Source: Heptranchias perlo
Lineage: Eukaryota
Assembly: GCF_035084215.1 (NCBI RefSeq)
Contig: NC_090361.1
Span: 3,658,001-3,722,000 of the forward strand
Length of the DNA: 64,000 nt
Reading direction: 5' to 3'
Shown: one piece after another, positions 62,597 to 64,000 of the stretch
Layout: each line of letters starts with the position of its first letter
Numbering within the stretch: the stretch's first letter is position 1
Translations under genes and position numbers: made by a program
The notes under the pieces: model-generated
What the model was told of the DNA's origin: nothing
What the model saw: only the letters and a program-made list of their open reading frames with translations
Databases searched by the model: none

Positions 62597-63634
62597 CCAG
62601 CCACATCCCAGGACAATCCTGTCTGGCCCTGTAGGGCCTAGCTTAAGTGTCATTGGCCCTGGAATTCCGATGTTGTATGCTGTCTCACAAATGTCTAACC
62701 CATTTGTCGTCCCTCTAATATTTAAAATAAACAAGATAATTCCTCCACTGAAATAAGGCTGAAAGGAATTTCAGACGAACGCAGTAATCGTTCATATGGT
62801 CATATCTCTTAGAGTCGTTCTGTTTTAGTAAACACTCCTTGGTTCCCACCGTGAAACGCCCCAGATCTATTGTAAACAGTTTGGATAAGAAATTGGCACC
62901 AAAAAAAAATCTGAATGATAAAGAAAGGGTGAGGGGCCTGATGCAGTGTTTTCATTCATTGCTGCTCCTGAGTATTTGAAGAATTTTCAGGTACTGTATT
63001 CTCAATAATAACGAATCAAAATATTTTTAGATATTTGAATGTCATTTTTGATCATTTCAGATTATAATTTCACTTTTCGGCAAATGCGAATGTTAATATT
63101 TTATGGGACATCACCAGGGTCACTCCCGGATTCACTCTTTTTATTCCTGGTGTTTTGCCGTTTGCGCTCATGGTTATGGGATATATGCAGTGCTCCGTGC
63201 CGCCATTGGCAACACTGGAATGGAACCACCAAGGGATGGATGACTACACAATAAGGAAGAAACATAGTAAATACCCAGAGAAGGGAACAGAACTGAGATT
63301 ACCATTTCTGAGAAGGATTAGTGGAGAATTTCCTTTGCTTGTTTCAGTTGAAAGCTGATTAAAAAGCTAATATTGTCATAAAAGCCTAATTGGTTCACTA
63401 GGATCTTGCAGGGAAGGGAACCTGTCGAGCTTACCCAGTCTGCTCTGCACATGACTCCAGTCCCACACTATGTGATTAACTCTTGATGGTCTCAGGGCAG
63501 CTAAGGATGGGCAATAAAGACAGCATTTCCCACATCCCAAGAGTAATTTTTCTTTAAAAGTCTGAGGTTGTGGGTCCAAGCCCTACTCCAGAGACCTGAG
63601 CACATTATCCAGGCTGACACTCCCACTGCAGCAC

Positions 63635-63840
63635 TGAGGAACTCGCTACCACAAGCAGTGGTTGAGGCGAATAGCATAGATGCATTTAAGGGGAAGCTAG
63701 ATAAACATGTGAGAGAGAAAGGACTAGAAGGATTTGCTGAAAGGGTGAGATGAAGAGGCTCGTGTGGAGCATTAACACCAGCACAGACCAGTTGGGCCGA
63801 ATGGCCTGTTTTTGTGCGGTATATTTTGTGTAATTCTATG
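63635..63840 (+). mobile_element. CR1 3' fragment following a SINE head (63560-63638)
   Basis: NSLPQAVVEANSIDAFKGKLDK plus tail. Confidence 0.8.
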
Positions 63841-64000
63841 GTTGGCATGAAATGAAACTGTGTGATAACATGGACATTAAAGTGTTTGTATGAAATTCCT
63901 TAGTTCATTGATTGAAAGAGACATCAACTAATTTTTTTAATTGAATTCTCAAATCCAAGGTCCCACAAAGAGCAATGAAATAAATGACCAGAAAACCTGT

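Noticed and set aside
9560-64000. PTGER1 or PKN1 exons expected downstream of GIPC1 from human synteny
   Set aside because: No GPCR- or kinase-like peptide was recognised in the ORF track or in exon candidates; a non-coding first exon cannot be excluded.

Overview
Vertebrate genomic DNA, most likely from a cartilaginous fish (shark). That assignment is inferred from the Deu-domain tRNA-SINE family, the CR1/L2/Penelope repeat landscape and the GIPC1 sequence. The only confidently identified host gene is the 3' end of GIPC1: its last two coding exons (+ strand, 3548-3629 and 8543-8691) and 3' UTR. The rest is repeat-dense. It holds a degraded but nearly complete CR1 LINE (esterase ORF1, endonuclease, RT), many CR1 and L2 3' fragments, about 15 DeuSINE copies (several carrying nested LINEs), hAT MITEs with 8-bp TSDs, Penelope-type termini with hammerhead-ribozyme cores, five minisatellites and a 134-N gap. 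The most notable observations are four. (1) An 18S rRNA fragment is fused directly to a CR1 3' tail, a candidate rRNA-derived SINE or chimeric retrocopy. (2) A TSD-flanked 95-bp Penelope-type insertion with an intact minimal hammerhead sits beside the GIPC1 last exon and also creates an in-frame cryptic acceptor. (3) A phase-compatible three-exon minus-strand gene model has no recognised homolog. (4) An inverted MITE duplication carries host flank with it. Repeat boundaries are approximate, and no database searches were run.
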